64,000 nt of DNA, taken from assembly GCA_963677495.2 (NCBI GenBank), contig CAXXOU010000002.1:128001-192000 (forward strand), given 5' to 3'. This stretch comes from Candidatus Cloacimonadales bacterium (lineage in GTDB: Bacteria; Cloacimonadota; Cloacimonadia; Cloacimonadales; JAFGVF01). This document shows, piece after piece, positions 1 through 9,917 of this stretch (within the stretch, counting starts at the first letter, position 1; the number at the start of each line of letters is the position of its first letter). A program made the position numbers and the translations under genes. The notes under the pieces were generated by a model. That model was not told the DNA's origin. It made no database searches and saw nothing but the letters and a program-made list of their open reading frames with translations.

Positions 1-2118
1 ATGGGTTCCAAAGTTATAAACAAGTTGTCCTTTGGTGTTATAAACCTTCACTTCTACATCACTATCTTTATTTAATGAGAACATAATGTTAGTTGATGGA
101 TTAAAAGGATTAGGATAATTCCCAATTAGCTCTGTAGTTAGATTAAGTTGAGGGAGGTCTCCCGGATTCTCCTCCTGCTCCAACACTGCTTCAATTGGTC
201 CAAACAAATTTGTAACACCATCTATCTCAACAGATTCTAACCAGTATGTATATGTATTTCCACCTTCAACTTCTTTATCTGTAAAGCTATAATTTTGTTC
301 TGAAGAGTTGTTATGTGCCAAAATCGGATTAGAATTAATTCTAACAGCGTTTAGAAGGCTTGCGTTAGTAGCTCTTAGTAGATTGTAGTTGAGCAAGTTT
401 GACTCTGATTCGGTAGTCCAATGTATCTGTACACCTTCAGTTTGTACAATACTAGTTGTAAATGAAGACAAGCTAATCGGCAGAGTTGAACCTTGACCAT
501 TGTTTATTGCAAACTCTTCGACTCCTCGACCTGTTGAAGTATAGTAAAACGCAAAACTACCAACACCGAAGTCAGACATTGAACTAGTTGTTATATCTAT
601 CCAATCTGTACCGTTCCAATGCACAATTTCATTTGGTGCTGAACTACCTCCAACATCTAATATAATGTGCGTTCTAACACCTTGTGGTAGATAGAGCTTT
701 AAGCTCATTAAACACCTTGATGGTTGAGGTAAAGGATTGCTTGGTTGATCAGTGATTTGAATTTCTGATGAGAAATCGGATACTTCTGTTTCAAAGATAA
801 GATCAAGCCAAGGTTCTTCATCTTCTCCATTTAAGTTAATAGTTGGGAAATCGATTCTACCTGATACTGCGCTGTTTACACCATTTACTTCAGAATAGAC
901 AATAGCATCGGGAACAGTTGATGAGTCAACTGGCTCATCCATAACTGTAAAACTATACTCGATAGCAGTTTCAGTCTCTCCTGAACTGTTATATGGAATA
1001 GCTTTCCAATATACAGTTTCACTCCAGGTTGCTTGATTCAATCTACTATTATACATTTTATCTTCATCCCAATCAATACTCTCTAAAAATGTATTATTCT
1101 GATAAATATTGAAACCTGATGGAGCTCCTGTTCCTTCATATCGCCAATTGACTGTTACTTGTCTTGGCATATCTTGAGAAAGATCTATAGGAAACACATA
1201 CGTCGATGGAGCAGGTTGTGTGTAAAGACTGTATATATTATTATAGTTACCTGTACCTGCTTCATTAGAACCTTGTATTCTAACATAGTATTGGGTATTA
1301 TCGATTAGACTACTTACTGTTGTTGATGTATCAGAAATATCACTACCATTTAGAACAATGTTCGAGAAATCTATAGAATCACTTATCTGATAGTTCCAGC
1401 TTGTTATTCGATAATCGTTTGTATCAGTAAGAGTTATAGTGAAACCATCTGAGGTAGCATTTGATAATGATATTATCGGATTTACCGGAAGAGCATAATC
1501 CCACCACACATCAAGCTCTGCTTTGTAGAAGTCATAATCATCCTCAGCACCACAATCTACACAATCACCTGATTCAGAGTCAGAGTTATCAAAATTTCTC
1601 CATGTGTTTCTTGTAACTGTTTCTGAAAGGTTATAGTGAATATCGTAGGAATCATAACTGTAATAACTATCAGTACCGGAAACATAAGTATGAGTGTCAG
1701 TACCTTCATTTTCATAACCCTGAATTCTTACGTAAACATTGTCTTCATCCGAAAGACACATACCACTCCAACGTTCAGTTGCATTTTCTGGATGCCAGTT
1801 TCCATTTCTATAAGCTCTTGAGCCCGGGACATCTGCCACACTGATCCAACTAGGCCAATTGCTATTGTTAACAGTTGAGCTAACTTGACAAGTTAACTGC
1901 CAAACCGGATCGGCATTACCTTGAAAAAGATTTCGTTCCTTTGTTGTTGCAAAATAGTCGTCTGTCCTGATGTTGTAGTTAATGTAAACCGGATCAGCTG
2001 GATCATTAATTACAAGATTAACCAAGTCTGATCTCATCTGATCATCATTCAACGCTTGTATCCCGTAAACACAAAGAACAAGAGTAATTAAAATAAATAA
2101 TAGTTTAGTACTCTTCAT
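1..2118 (-). CDS. Secreted fibronectin type III-like protein with C-terminal T9SS type A/FlgD-like sorting domain (3' end runs off the window)
   Basis: Not in the ORF track; read manually. ATG at 2118 with GGAGG RBS. Signal peptide MKSTKLLFILITLVLCVYG, FN3-like YYVRIQGSNEAGTG, LPISLSSFT motif and GNYPNPFNPSTNIMFSL...VYNTKGQLV near the window edge. No stop seen. Confidence 0.85.
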   Translation of the reverse strand, partial: MKSTKLLFILITLVLCVYGIQALNDDQMRSDLVNLVINDPADPVYINYNIRTDDYFATTKERNLFQGNADPVWQLTCQVSSTVNNSNWPSWISVADVPGSRAYRNGNWHPENATERWSGMCLSDEDNVYVRIQGYENEGTDTHTYVSGTDSYYSYDSYDIHYNLSETVTRNTWRNFDNSDSESGDCVDCGAEDDYDFYKAELDVWWDYALPVNPIISLSNATSDGFTITLTDTNDYRITSWNYQISDSIDFSNIVLNGSDISDTSTTVSSLIDNTQYYVRIQGSNEAGTGNYNNIYSLYTQPAPSTYVFPIDLSQDMPRQVTVNWRYEGTGAPSGFNIYQNNTFLESIDWDEDKMYNSRLNQATWSETVYWKAIPYNSSGETETAIEYSFTVMDEPVDSSTVPDAIVYSEVNGVNSAVSGRIDFPTINLNGEDEEPWLDLIFETEVSDFSSEIQITDQPSNPLPQPSRCLMSLKLYLPQGVRTHIILDVGGSSAPNEIVHWNGTDWIDITTSSMSDFGVGSFAFYYTSTGRGVEEFAINNGQGSTLPISLSSFTTSIVQTEGVQIHWTTESESNLLNYNLLRATNASLLNAVRINSNPILAHNNSSEQNYSFTDKEVEGGNTYTYWLESVEIDGVTNLFGPIEAVLEQEENPGDLPQLNLTTELIGNYPNPFNPSTNIMFSLNKDSDVEVKVYNTKGQLVYNFGTH

Positions 2119-2149
2119 TTATTCCTCCTAATGTTTTCAAATTTATATG

Positions 2150-2167
2150 AGCAATGTAAGAGCCAAA
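2150..2167 (-). promoter_or_regulatory. Sigma-54 (-24/-12) promoter candidate for the secreted protein gene
   Basis: Minus strand reads TTTGGCTCTTACATTGCT, i.e. TGGC-N7-TTGC, about 30 bp upstream of the start codon. A sigma54 activator gene is divergently adjacent. Confidence 0.65.
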
Positions 2168-2317
2168 CATAAGTAGGAATAAAGAGTTTTCTTTAACCTA
2201 CAAGTAGACATAGTTTTATAGAAAACGGATAATTAAATTGACAAAGGTTATATACTCTTAGAATTGCTAAAGATGGCGATATCGCTAGCGATAATGCTGT
2301 AAATAACGAAATCGTAG

Positions 2318-4636
2318 GTGTGTATGGATAGAATAAATGAGCTACTTCTAGCTCTTAAAACTGACGGTAAACTTGAGAAAATGTCTACTTATAAGGAACT
2401 GATCAAGTTGTCTATTAGGGAGAGACCACAACTTGTGTATACGAGTTTTGATAAGATGCATGAACTCTTTTGTGAAATCATTGAATTTGATCCGAACATT
2501 GGGAGGTCGGTTAAAAGTAATTATTCTGAAGCAATGAAGTATCTATTTAATCATATTAGAAGTTCCTCTGATGTAGAAGCATTTGATAAATACAAAGCCT
2601 TGTACAACAATTACAATGTTTATATTGATGATAATGTTGTAATAGCAGAGATTAATCAAGTTTTTGGTTATGTTAGCTGGCTGAAGAATGATATTCCCAA
2701 GGGTTTAGAGTATTTAAAAAGATCACTAGTCTCTATTAATGAAACAAGTTCTATGGCAGTACCTCAAAGGTATACAAATATTGGTTACCTATATGAGGAT
2801 CAAGGAGAGTATAAACTAGCAAAAGAATACTATATAAAGGGTTTAAAGTTTGCGAAAGTAAACAATTGTGATGATGCTTTAAAATTTGCATATGCTGCTC
2901 TTGGACGATTGAATCATAGAATCGGGAAGTACCTACTCTCGATTAAGTATTATGAGAACTGTTTGAGTATCTCTGATAGTAATGATGAATCTATAAACGA
3001 CATAAGTGTCAAATCCAATATTGCTATGAGTTATTATTGGCTTGGTAAGCATGAAAAAGCTCTTTCGATACTAATGGGAATAAAGAAAAAATGGGTGAAG
3101 CAGAGGGATCCAGAATTGTATTTCTCAATAGTTTCCAATATTGGATCATGTTATACAAGTTTTGATGATTTCGATGAGGCTTTGAAGTATTATCAAGAGG
3201 AACTGGTTTATGTTAAAAAGAGCAACATTACTTCTAAGTTTATTGGGGTATATCACAATATTGGCCATTGTTATTGGAGGTTAAGTAATTATTCAGCGAG
3301 TGTTGAAATGCTTGAGTTAGCTATGGAATATGCTATGAAGGGGACGAATGAAAGAGATATAATGCTTATAAATCAAACTCTTGGTAGTGTTTACTTTGAT
3401 ATGGGAGAGTTGGATACAGCATTGGATAGATTTCTAATTGCTGAAAAGATTAGTGAAGAGAAAGCTGATTACATGCTACAAGAGAGAATTAAGCACAAAA
3501 TTGCAAGGTGTTATAAAGAGCTTGGGAATCTTGAATCAGCTTATAGTACGTTGCTCGAAGAGATCGATATAGTTAAACGGTCCAGAGATGACATAATAAA
3601 ATCAGATGATGAAACTGATGCAAGTGATGTAGTAACTACTGGTTCCAGACAGCTTTATATTTATCAGGATAGTATGACCTTTCTATCTAAAGAGTTGATT
3701 GAAGAGATTGGTTTGCCAATAATTGGAAGAAGTAAAGAGATTAAAGAGGTGATCGATAAGGCTTTGCTGGCATCAAAGAACAATGCAAGTGTTTTAATAA
3801 CCGGTGAATCCGGAACAGGTAAAGAAGCAATTGCTAGATTGATTCATTATACTAGTGCTAGAACTTCAAACTCGTTCATTGAAGTAAATAGTGCTGTGTT
3901 CTCAGCGAGTTTAGCAATTAGTTCCTTGTTTGGTCATAAAAAAGGATCATTTACCGGTGCCACACAGGATCATATAGGCTTGATACAAGCATCAAATAAA
4001 GGAACTCTTTTCTTTGATGAAGTAGGAGAAATGCCGTTGGAGATACAAGCAATGTTGTTACGAACAATCGAGTCAAAGACAATAGCTAAACTAGGTAGTT
4101 CAAAAAATGAGAAAGTAGACTTCAGGTTGATTACAGCTACAAATCATAATATTCAGGAATCAACCGATAGATCTGAGTTTAGATTTGATCTGTTTCATAG
4201 AATAAACACTATTGAGATTCATATCCCTCCGCTACGAGAAAGAGTATCTGATATTCCACTTCTAGTTAAGTATTATCTTAACTATTTCTCACAAGAGTTG
4301 AATATTAATTGCCCTATTCTAACTCAAGATGCATTACAAAAACTATACTGCTATACTTATCCTGGTAATATTAGAGAACTAAAAAACATAGTTCACAGGC
4401 TACTTCTATTCAAGAAGAACGAAACTATCAAGGAAGATGACATTATTCTGCCTGATGATATTGTTTCAAACACCCAAGAATCTGTGATTAACCTAAATCT
4501 TGAAAGCAATGAGAGACAACTTATTACAATTGCGATGAATCAGACAAATAAAGTCATGACTGAAGCTGCTAAGTTGCTCGGGATCTCACCATACGCCTTA
4601 GCAAGGAGAATTAAGAAGTATAAGTTAGAATTTTAA
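2318..4636 (+). CDS. TPR-repeat sigma-54-dependent transcriptional activator (TPR-AAA+-Fis HTH)
   Basis: Multiple TPRs, Walker A GESGTGKE, LFGHKKGSFTGA (GAFTGA-like loop), Walker B FFDEVGE, YPGNIREL and a C-terminal AAKLLGIS HTH. Start may be the ATG at 2324. Confidence 0.92.
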   Translation: MCMDRINELLLALKTDGKLEKMSTYKELIKLSIRERPQLVYTSFDKMHELFCEIIEFDPNIGRSVKSNYSEAMKYLFNHIRSSSDVEAFDKYKALYNNYNVYIDDNVVIAEINQVFGYVSWLKNDIPKGLEYLKRSLVSINETSSMAVPQRYTNIGYLYEDQGEYKLAKEYYIKGLKFAKVNNCDDALKFAYAALGRLNHRIGKYLLSIKYYENCLSISDSNDESINDISVKSNIAMSYYWLGKHEKALSILMGIKKKWVKQRDPELYFSIVSNIGSCYTSFDDFDEALKYYQEELVYVKKSNITSKFIGVYHNIGHCYWRLSNYSASVEMLELAMEYAMKGTNERDIMLINQTLGSVYFDMGELDTALDRFLIAEKISEEKADYMLQERIKHKIARCYKELGNLESAYSTLLEEIDIVKRSRDDIIKSDDETDASDVVTTGSRQLYIYQDSMTFLSKELIEEIGLPIIGRSKEIKEVIDKALLASKNNASVLITGESGTGKEAIARLIHYTSARTSNSFIEVNSAVFSASLAISSLFGHKKGSFTGATQDHIGLIQASNKGTLFFDEVGEMPLEIQAMLLRTIESKTIAKLGSSKNEKVDFRLITATNHNIQESTDRSEFRFDLFHRINTIEIHIPPLRERVSDIPLLVKYYLNYFSQELNINCPILTQDALQKLYCYTYPGNIRELKNIVHRLLLFKKNETIKEDDIILPDDIVSNTQESVINLNLESNERQLITIAMNQTNKVMTEAAKLLGISPYALARRIKKYKLEF

Positions 4637-4718
4637 GTGTATTAACTTAGAGTTTTTTTAGAATGGTCGCATCGTAACTCCGTCGTTTCCTTTAATATGA
4701 TAGGTGATGCTAAGATGT

Positions 4719-4790
4719 TCCACTCGTGACCCACTCGTGACACTCTCGTGGAAACGCTCAAGTTATCCCCAAAATGTGCATAACTTATTT
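4719..4790. repeat. Dispersed intergenic element with 11-bp tandem CTCGTG units and an inverted DnaA-box-like pair (copy 1)
   Basis: CTCGTG at 4723/4734/4745, then TTATCCCCA-aaa-TGTGCATAA. Homologous to 44001-44070. Confidence 0.7.
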
Positions 4791-5094
4791 ATCAGAGTAG
4801 CACATTTCATATTCAAGGGTAAGCCAAGGAGGTGACAAACTCATTTGTTGATAAAAATCAAAAAAAGAAGATAAATTGTGCTTGGTATGATGGTAAAACG
4901 GAATTTGTTGCTTAGAAATTTAGATCAGTATAAATAATTATTGACACCATTTATAAACTCGTCTCTTTTATTTGATATGAAAATTTAAAAAAAGTTATCG
5001 AAACTTGCCATTTATCCATACAGAGTAGAAGATGAATAACGTTTTGATAAAGGTGAAAAGTTTCATTTAAGAGTAAACTATGTGAGGTATCCAT

Positions 5095-8000
5095 ATGAGT
5101 ATAAATTGGAATAATATTAGAACACTAGAAAATTCACAAAATGAAGGTTTCGAGGAATTAGTCTGTCAATTAGCAAGAAAAGAAAACATTCCCAATTTAA
5201 AAAAGTTTATCAGAAAAGGAAAGCCAGATGCCGGTGTAGAGTGTTTTTGGATATTAGATAATGATGACGAAATCGCATGGCAAGCAAAATATTTTACTAG
5301 TAGTTTAGAAGATACACAATGGTCTCAAATAGATAATTCGATTCGAACTGTACTTGATAAACATCCAAAACTAAAAAAATACTATATTGCTATTCCCAAT
5401 GATCCACCAGATGCTAGAATTGAAGGGCAAACTTCAATGTTAGATAAATGGGATTCAAGAGTCACAAAGTGGAAGGGATGGGCTTTAGAAAAAGGACTTA
5501 CAGTAGAATTTATTCCTTGGTGGAGTTCTGATTTAATAGAAAGATTACAAAAGCCTGAGAATGATGGATTGACATACTTCTGGTTTAATAAAGAAGAATT
5601 TACCGATGAATGGTGCAAAGAACAGTCTGAACTATCTATTTCAGACTTAGGCAAAAGATATACACCCAAATTAAATATTAAATTAGAGATTTCAGAAATT
5701 TTTAATGGAATTTCAAGAGACAAAGACTTCCTTAATCAAGTCACAACTCTATTTGATGATTTTCTAATAATGGGTAAAAAAACTATACCAAGAATAGATG
5801 ATTTAGATTCTTGTTCTTCGGCTCTCAAAAAAGAGTTAAAGGCAATTCATGATCTGTTTAGTTCTACAGACTTTCAAGGAATAGAAACTTTACCCGTTAA
5901 TGAGTTTTTGACATCTATCGAAAACACAGATCAAATAGTAACTAAAATCAGAGATTCCTATTTAGAACAAGAATCTAAATTACAAACGAATCCTGATGAT
6001 TATCGCTATTATAAGAAGTTTGGCTCCGAGATAAGTCACATTAGAGATTTTGAGAATTCAATTTACTCACTATCAAGATTTTTAGAAGATACAACCATGA
6101 AACTTGCAAATCATCCTTTTTTATTATTGGAAGGAGAAGCGGGTATAGGAAAATCACATCTGCTTGCTGATATAATTAGTACTAGAACTAAAGATAATCT
6201 TGTTAGTCTTTTATTTTTAGGTCAACATTTTGTTACTGATGAAGATCCTTGGACACAAATATTCAAGAAGAATGATATTAATTGCTCTGTAGATGAGTTT
6301 TTAGGAGCACTAAACTCGAAGGCTCAGATTAGAGGACGAAGAATTATTCTATTTATTGATGCTGTTAATGAGGGCCGAGGTAAGTATTTTTGGAACAATA
6401 ACATTAAGAGTTTTCTTACCAAGGTTAAAAAATATAAATGGTTAGGCGTTGTAATGTCAATACGTACATCGTATTCAAACTTAATTTTTCCAAAGGATGA
6501 AATAAAAGAAGATGAAATCATTAGATATACTCATTATGGGTTTAGAAATCAAGAGTATGAAGCAACAAAACTTTTTTTCAATAATTACGGAATAGAACTA
6601 CCTAGCATCCCCTTGTTGCATCCAGAATTTCAAAACCCCTTATTTTTGTTGTTATTCTGTGAGGGTTTAAATAAAGCTGGTTATACAAAGATTCCTGATG
6701 GCTTACAGGGTATTACTGCTATAATAGATTTTTTTATAACAAGTGTTAATAATATCCTTTCAAAACCAACTCGATTAGATTATCCGAGAAGTATAAACAT
6801 TGTTAGAAAAGCAATAGAATCATTAATCGCATACAAAATTGATAATCATTTAAGGTATGTCCCTTTCGAGCAAGCATTTGTTTTATTTAACAAAATGTCT
6901 CATGAATTTAGTACAAAAAAAAGGGGCTTGATTGATGAGCTAATATCTGAAGGTATCCTTTCTAAAAACTTATTTTGGAATCCAGAAAAACGATATGAAG
7001 AGGGTGTTTATTTAGTCTACGAACGATTCGAAGACCATTTAACAGCTTCATATATCATTGATACAAATCCTGAAATAGAAGAAGCTTTTAAAGAAGGTGG
7101 TACTCTTTTCAATTTAGTTAAGGATGAGATATCTTGCAATATCAATAAAGGAGTGATTGAAGCTCTTACTATTCAAATTCCTGAAAAAAAAGGCAAAGAG
7201 TTTTATGAATATGTCCCTCATATCAAGGATAGTTATCCAATCATTGAATGTTTTGTGCAAAGTTTGTTATGGCGTAAAAATGAAACAACATCAAAGAAGC
7301 TCGTTGGGTATGTAAATTCTACAGTATTAAAATATCAAGGTACTTTTGATTTGTTTTGGGACACCATTTTATCAGTAACATCTACTCCAGATCATTACTT
7401 TAATGCATATTCATTGCATAATAATCTAATGGGATTTAGCTTGCCTGAAAGAGATGCATGGTGGACAATTTACCTAAAACAACAGTTTTATGATGGATCA
7501 CCAGTCAAAAGACTTATTGATTGGAGTTGGAATACAAATGATAAAAGTCATATCTCAGATGAATCAGTTAAGTTGACTTCAATAACTTTATCCTGGTTTC
7601 ATACAAGTACGAACAGAAAATTACGAGATTCTGCAACAAAAGCTTTAATATGTCTTTTGGAAAATAGAATTCATATTTTAATTGAATTGCTTAAGTTATT
7701 TGAAAAAGTTAATGACCCGTATGTATATGAGAGGTTGTTTGCTGTTGCATATGGCTGTTCCGTTAGAACAGAACAAACAGATAAACTAAGTGAACTGAGT
7801 AACTATATCTTTGAGACCATATTCAATGATGAAGTAGAAGTATACCCACATATTCTTTTAAGGGATTATGCAAGGGGAGTAATTGAATTTACTTATTATC
7901 GTGGTTATGATTTAGAGTTTGATATTTCAATGTCAAGACCACCATATAAAAGCTCTTTTATTGGTAGTTACCCAAAAAATGAAGAAATTAATGAGTTGTA

Positions 8001-9327
8001 TGAGCCTAAAGATGAAGAAGGACATTACGGAAAAGAAAAATGGGGTGTCACAGCAATACTATGGTCAATGGCAACTGAACATGGGGCAAGAATGTATGGG
8101 GATTTTGGAAGATATGTTTTTCAAAGTGCATTTAGAAATTGGGATATTGATCCAAATGATTTGAGTAATTTAGCTATTGAGTGGATTTTTAAAAAATATG
8201 GCTATGATTCTGCATTGTTTAATGATTTTGACTTAAAGATTGGTACTGGACGAGGACGGAATACTTTTCCTCATGAACGAATTGGTAAAAAATATCAATG
8301 GATAGCTTTATATGAGATGCTAGCAAGAGTTTCTGATAATTGTAAGAAATATGCAGATTGGAGTTTTCTACATTCAGAAGAGGATGCATTTCAAGGTCCA
8401 TGGGAACCCTATGTTAGAGATATTGATCCTACAATGATAATAAACAAAACAGGAAGTTATGATGAAGAAGCACTTCATGACTTCTGGTGGTCTCAAGAAA
8501 AATATATGAACTGGGAATTTGAGAATGAGGAATGGATAAAATTGATTGAAGACCTTCCTAATTCTAAAAAAATCATAAATATTGTTAACAAATCTGGTGA
8601 AGAATGGCTTGTACTTGAAGGTTATCCTGAGTGGGCAGAATCAAAAAAAGTTGGAGATGAGAAATGGGATAAACCACATAAAAGGATATGGTATCAACTG
8701 AGAAGTTATCTAATTACAGATGATGACTATGTAAAAATTAAAGATTGGGCTTCAAATCAGGACTTTATGGGGAGATGGATGCCTGAAAGCTCCAGTAGAT
8801 ATCAAGTTTTTAGCAGAGAATATTATTGGTCGCCAGCTTACAATTATTTTTATAACAAAGAATATTATGGAGGAATGGAGCTTAAAGAAATACATGAAAA
8901 GATAACTGAAGATTCTATAGGTAATGTAATCTTAACTACTAACAACTTTTTATGGGAAGAAGAATTTGATCAGTCCAAAGAGGATTCAATTCACTTCCTG
9001 AAACCATCAAAGTATATATTTGAGCATATGAAGTTGGTTTATTCTAAAAAAGAGGGTGAGTTTACAGACGATACAGGAGAAGTAATATGTTTTGCACCTT
9101 CTGTGTATTTTGATTCTCAATCTTATCTGATAATAAAGAAGTACCCATTACTTAAGTTCTTAAAAGAATCCAAACTAAGATTACTTTGGACAGTTTTAGG
9201 AGAGAAATCTATCATTGGAGGTCATTCAAACGGAGATGTATTTTATGGTAGGCTTGAAATAAGTGGAGTATACTATTTAAATGAAAACAATGAAGTCGAA
9301 GGAAAAGTTTCTACCAAAGTAACATAA
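5095..9327 (+). CDS. avs2: STAND-family antiviral NTPase, AVAST type 2 (Avs2)-like, with N-terminal nuclease-like domain
   Basis: 1410 aa. N-terminal FEELVCQLA...DAGVECFW...WQAKYF, Walker A GEAGIGKS, Walker B ILFIDAVNE, NPLFL, VNDPYVYERL and ERIGKKYQWIA motifs typical of Avs2-like proteins. Confidence 0.8.
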   Translation: MSINWNNIRTLENSQNEGFEELVCQLARKENIPNLKKFIRKGKPDAGVECFWILDNDDEIAWQAKYFTSSLEDTQWSQIDNSIRTVLDKHPKLKKYYIAIPNDPPDARIEGQTSMLDKWDSRVTKWKGWALEKGLTVEFIPWWSSDLIERLQKPENDGLTYFWFNKEEFTDEWCKEQSELSISDLGKRYTPKLNIKLEISEIFNGISRDKDFLNQVTTLFDDFLIMGKKTIPRIDDLDSCSSALKKELKAIHDLFSSTDFQGIETLPVNEFLTSIENTDQIVTKIRDSYLEQESKLQTNPDDYRYYKKFGSEISHIRDFENSIYSLSRFLEDTTMKLANHPFLLLEGEAGIGKSHLLADIISTRTKDNLVSLLFLGQHFVTDEDPWTQIFKKNDINCSVDEFLGALNSKAQIRGRRIILFIDAVNEGRGKYFWNNNIKSFLTKVKKYKWLGVVMSIRTSYSNLIFPKDEIKEDEIIRYTHYGFRNQEYEATKLFFNNYGIELPSIPLLHPEFQNPLFLLLFCEGLNKAGYTKIPDGLQGITAIIDFFITSVNNILSKPTRLDYPRSINIVRKAIESLIAYKIDNHLRYVPFEQAFVLFNKMSHEFSTKKRGLIDELISEGILSKNLFWNPEKRYEEGVYLVYERFEDHLTASYIIDTNPEIEEAFKEGGTLFNLVKDEISCNINKGVIEALTIQIPEKKGKEFYEYVPHIKDSYPIIECFVQSLLWRKNETTSKKLVGYVNSTVLKYQGTFDLFWDTILSVTSTPDHYFNAYSLHNNLMGFSLPERDAWWTIYLKQQFYDGSPVKRLIDWSWNTNDKSHISDESVKLTSITLSWFHTSTNRKLRDSATKALICLLENRIHILIELLKLFEKVNDPYVYERLFAVAYGCSVRTEQTDKLSELSNYIFETIFNDEVEVYPHILLRDYARGVIEFTYYRGYDLEFDISMSRPPYKSSFIGSYPKNEEINELYEPKDEEGHYGKEKWGVTAILWSMATEHGARMYGDFGRYVFQSAFRNWDIDPNDLSNLAIEWIFKKYGYDSALFNDFDLKIGTGRGRNTFPHERIGKKYQWIALYEMLARVSDNCKKYADWSFLHSEEDAFQGPWEPYVRDIDPTMIINKTGSYDEEALHDFWWSQEKYMNWEFENEEWIKLIEDLPNSKKIINIVNKSGEEWLVLEGYPEWAESKKVGDEKWDKPHKRIWYQLRSYLITDDDYVKIKDWASNQDFMGRWMPESSSRYQVFSREYYWSPAYNYFYNKEYYGGMELKEIHEKITEDSIGNVILTTNNFLWEEEFDQSKEDSIHFLKPSKYIFEHMKLVYSKKEGEFTDDTGEVICFAPSVYFDSQSYLIIKKYPLLKFLKESKLRLLWTVLGEKSIIGGHSNGDVFYGRLEISGVYYLNENNEVEGKVSTKVT

Positions 9328-9464
9328 TGTAGAGAAAGTTTAGCGCTTTCACTATGATAGACATAGTGATTGTAAGCCAAGGTAAGAGATAATTCGTAAC
9401 GGTTCTTGGGTGTGATTAAGGATATTATGAATGCTTGCAATTAATACCGTTGTTATAGGGAAAG

Positions 9465-9492
9465 AAAAAAGGGCTAACTCATTGCTAGCCCC
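9465..9492 (-). terminator. Intrinsic terminator downstream of tRNA-Lys
   Basis: Minus strand GGGGCTAGCAATGAGTTAGCCC followed by a T run. Confidence 0.65.
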
Positions 9493-9503
9493 ATTATAAA
9501 AGG

Positions 9504-9579
<76 letters not shown>

Positions 9580-9671
9580 ATCTGATATGCAGAAAATAAA
9601 TTTTGGGCTTAGGTGTCAATAAAAAAGGTTTGGGTGAGAGGATAGGGTAAGATCTTAAACAGTTTCGACAG

Positions 9672-9816
9672 TCATTGTACTGCTACAATTGTTATCACTT
9701 TCGAAGGAGACTCCTATTGAAACCCTATTCAAATGTTGTTTATGGACAACAGGATTTGGACTAGTTTCTGAGGTGGAAGAGTCTGTTGAAACATGATAAT
9801 TGTAGCAGAACAGTGA
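9672..9816. repeat. ~145-bp palindromic MITE-like element
   Basis: Ends TCATTGTACTGCTACAATT / AATTGTAGCAGAACAGTGA are inverted. Related ends occur at 55983-56126 and 56357-56500. Confidence 0.65.
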
Positions 9817-9917
9817 GATTGAAGTGAGATATACCTATTTCGAAGAAATTAGTATAATAAATATTTTTTACTTTACAACTCAAATGTAAGTTTAGATAGT
9901 AGTATATGGAGGTTTGT

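Noticed and set aside
1636..1821. Short ORFs antisense to or nested in long genes (e.g. 1636-1821, 36557-37096, 58300-58863, 59852-60304)
   Set aside because: They are shadow frames of well-supported genes with no recognisable motifs.
4640..5090. att-site duplication of the tRNA-Lys 3' end bounding an island
   Set aside because: No copy of the tRNA 3' end and no integrase were found by eye.
9394..9458. Possible integron attC site after the Avs2-like gene (TAACGGT...ACCGTTGTTAT)
   Set aside because: Core sites fit RYYYAAC/GTTRRRY poorly, the internal stem is weak, and there is no integrase or second cassette. An IntegronFinder run would settle it.
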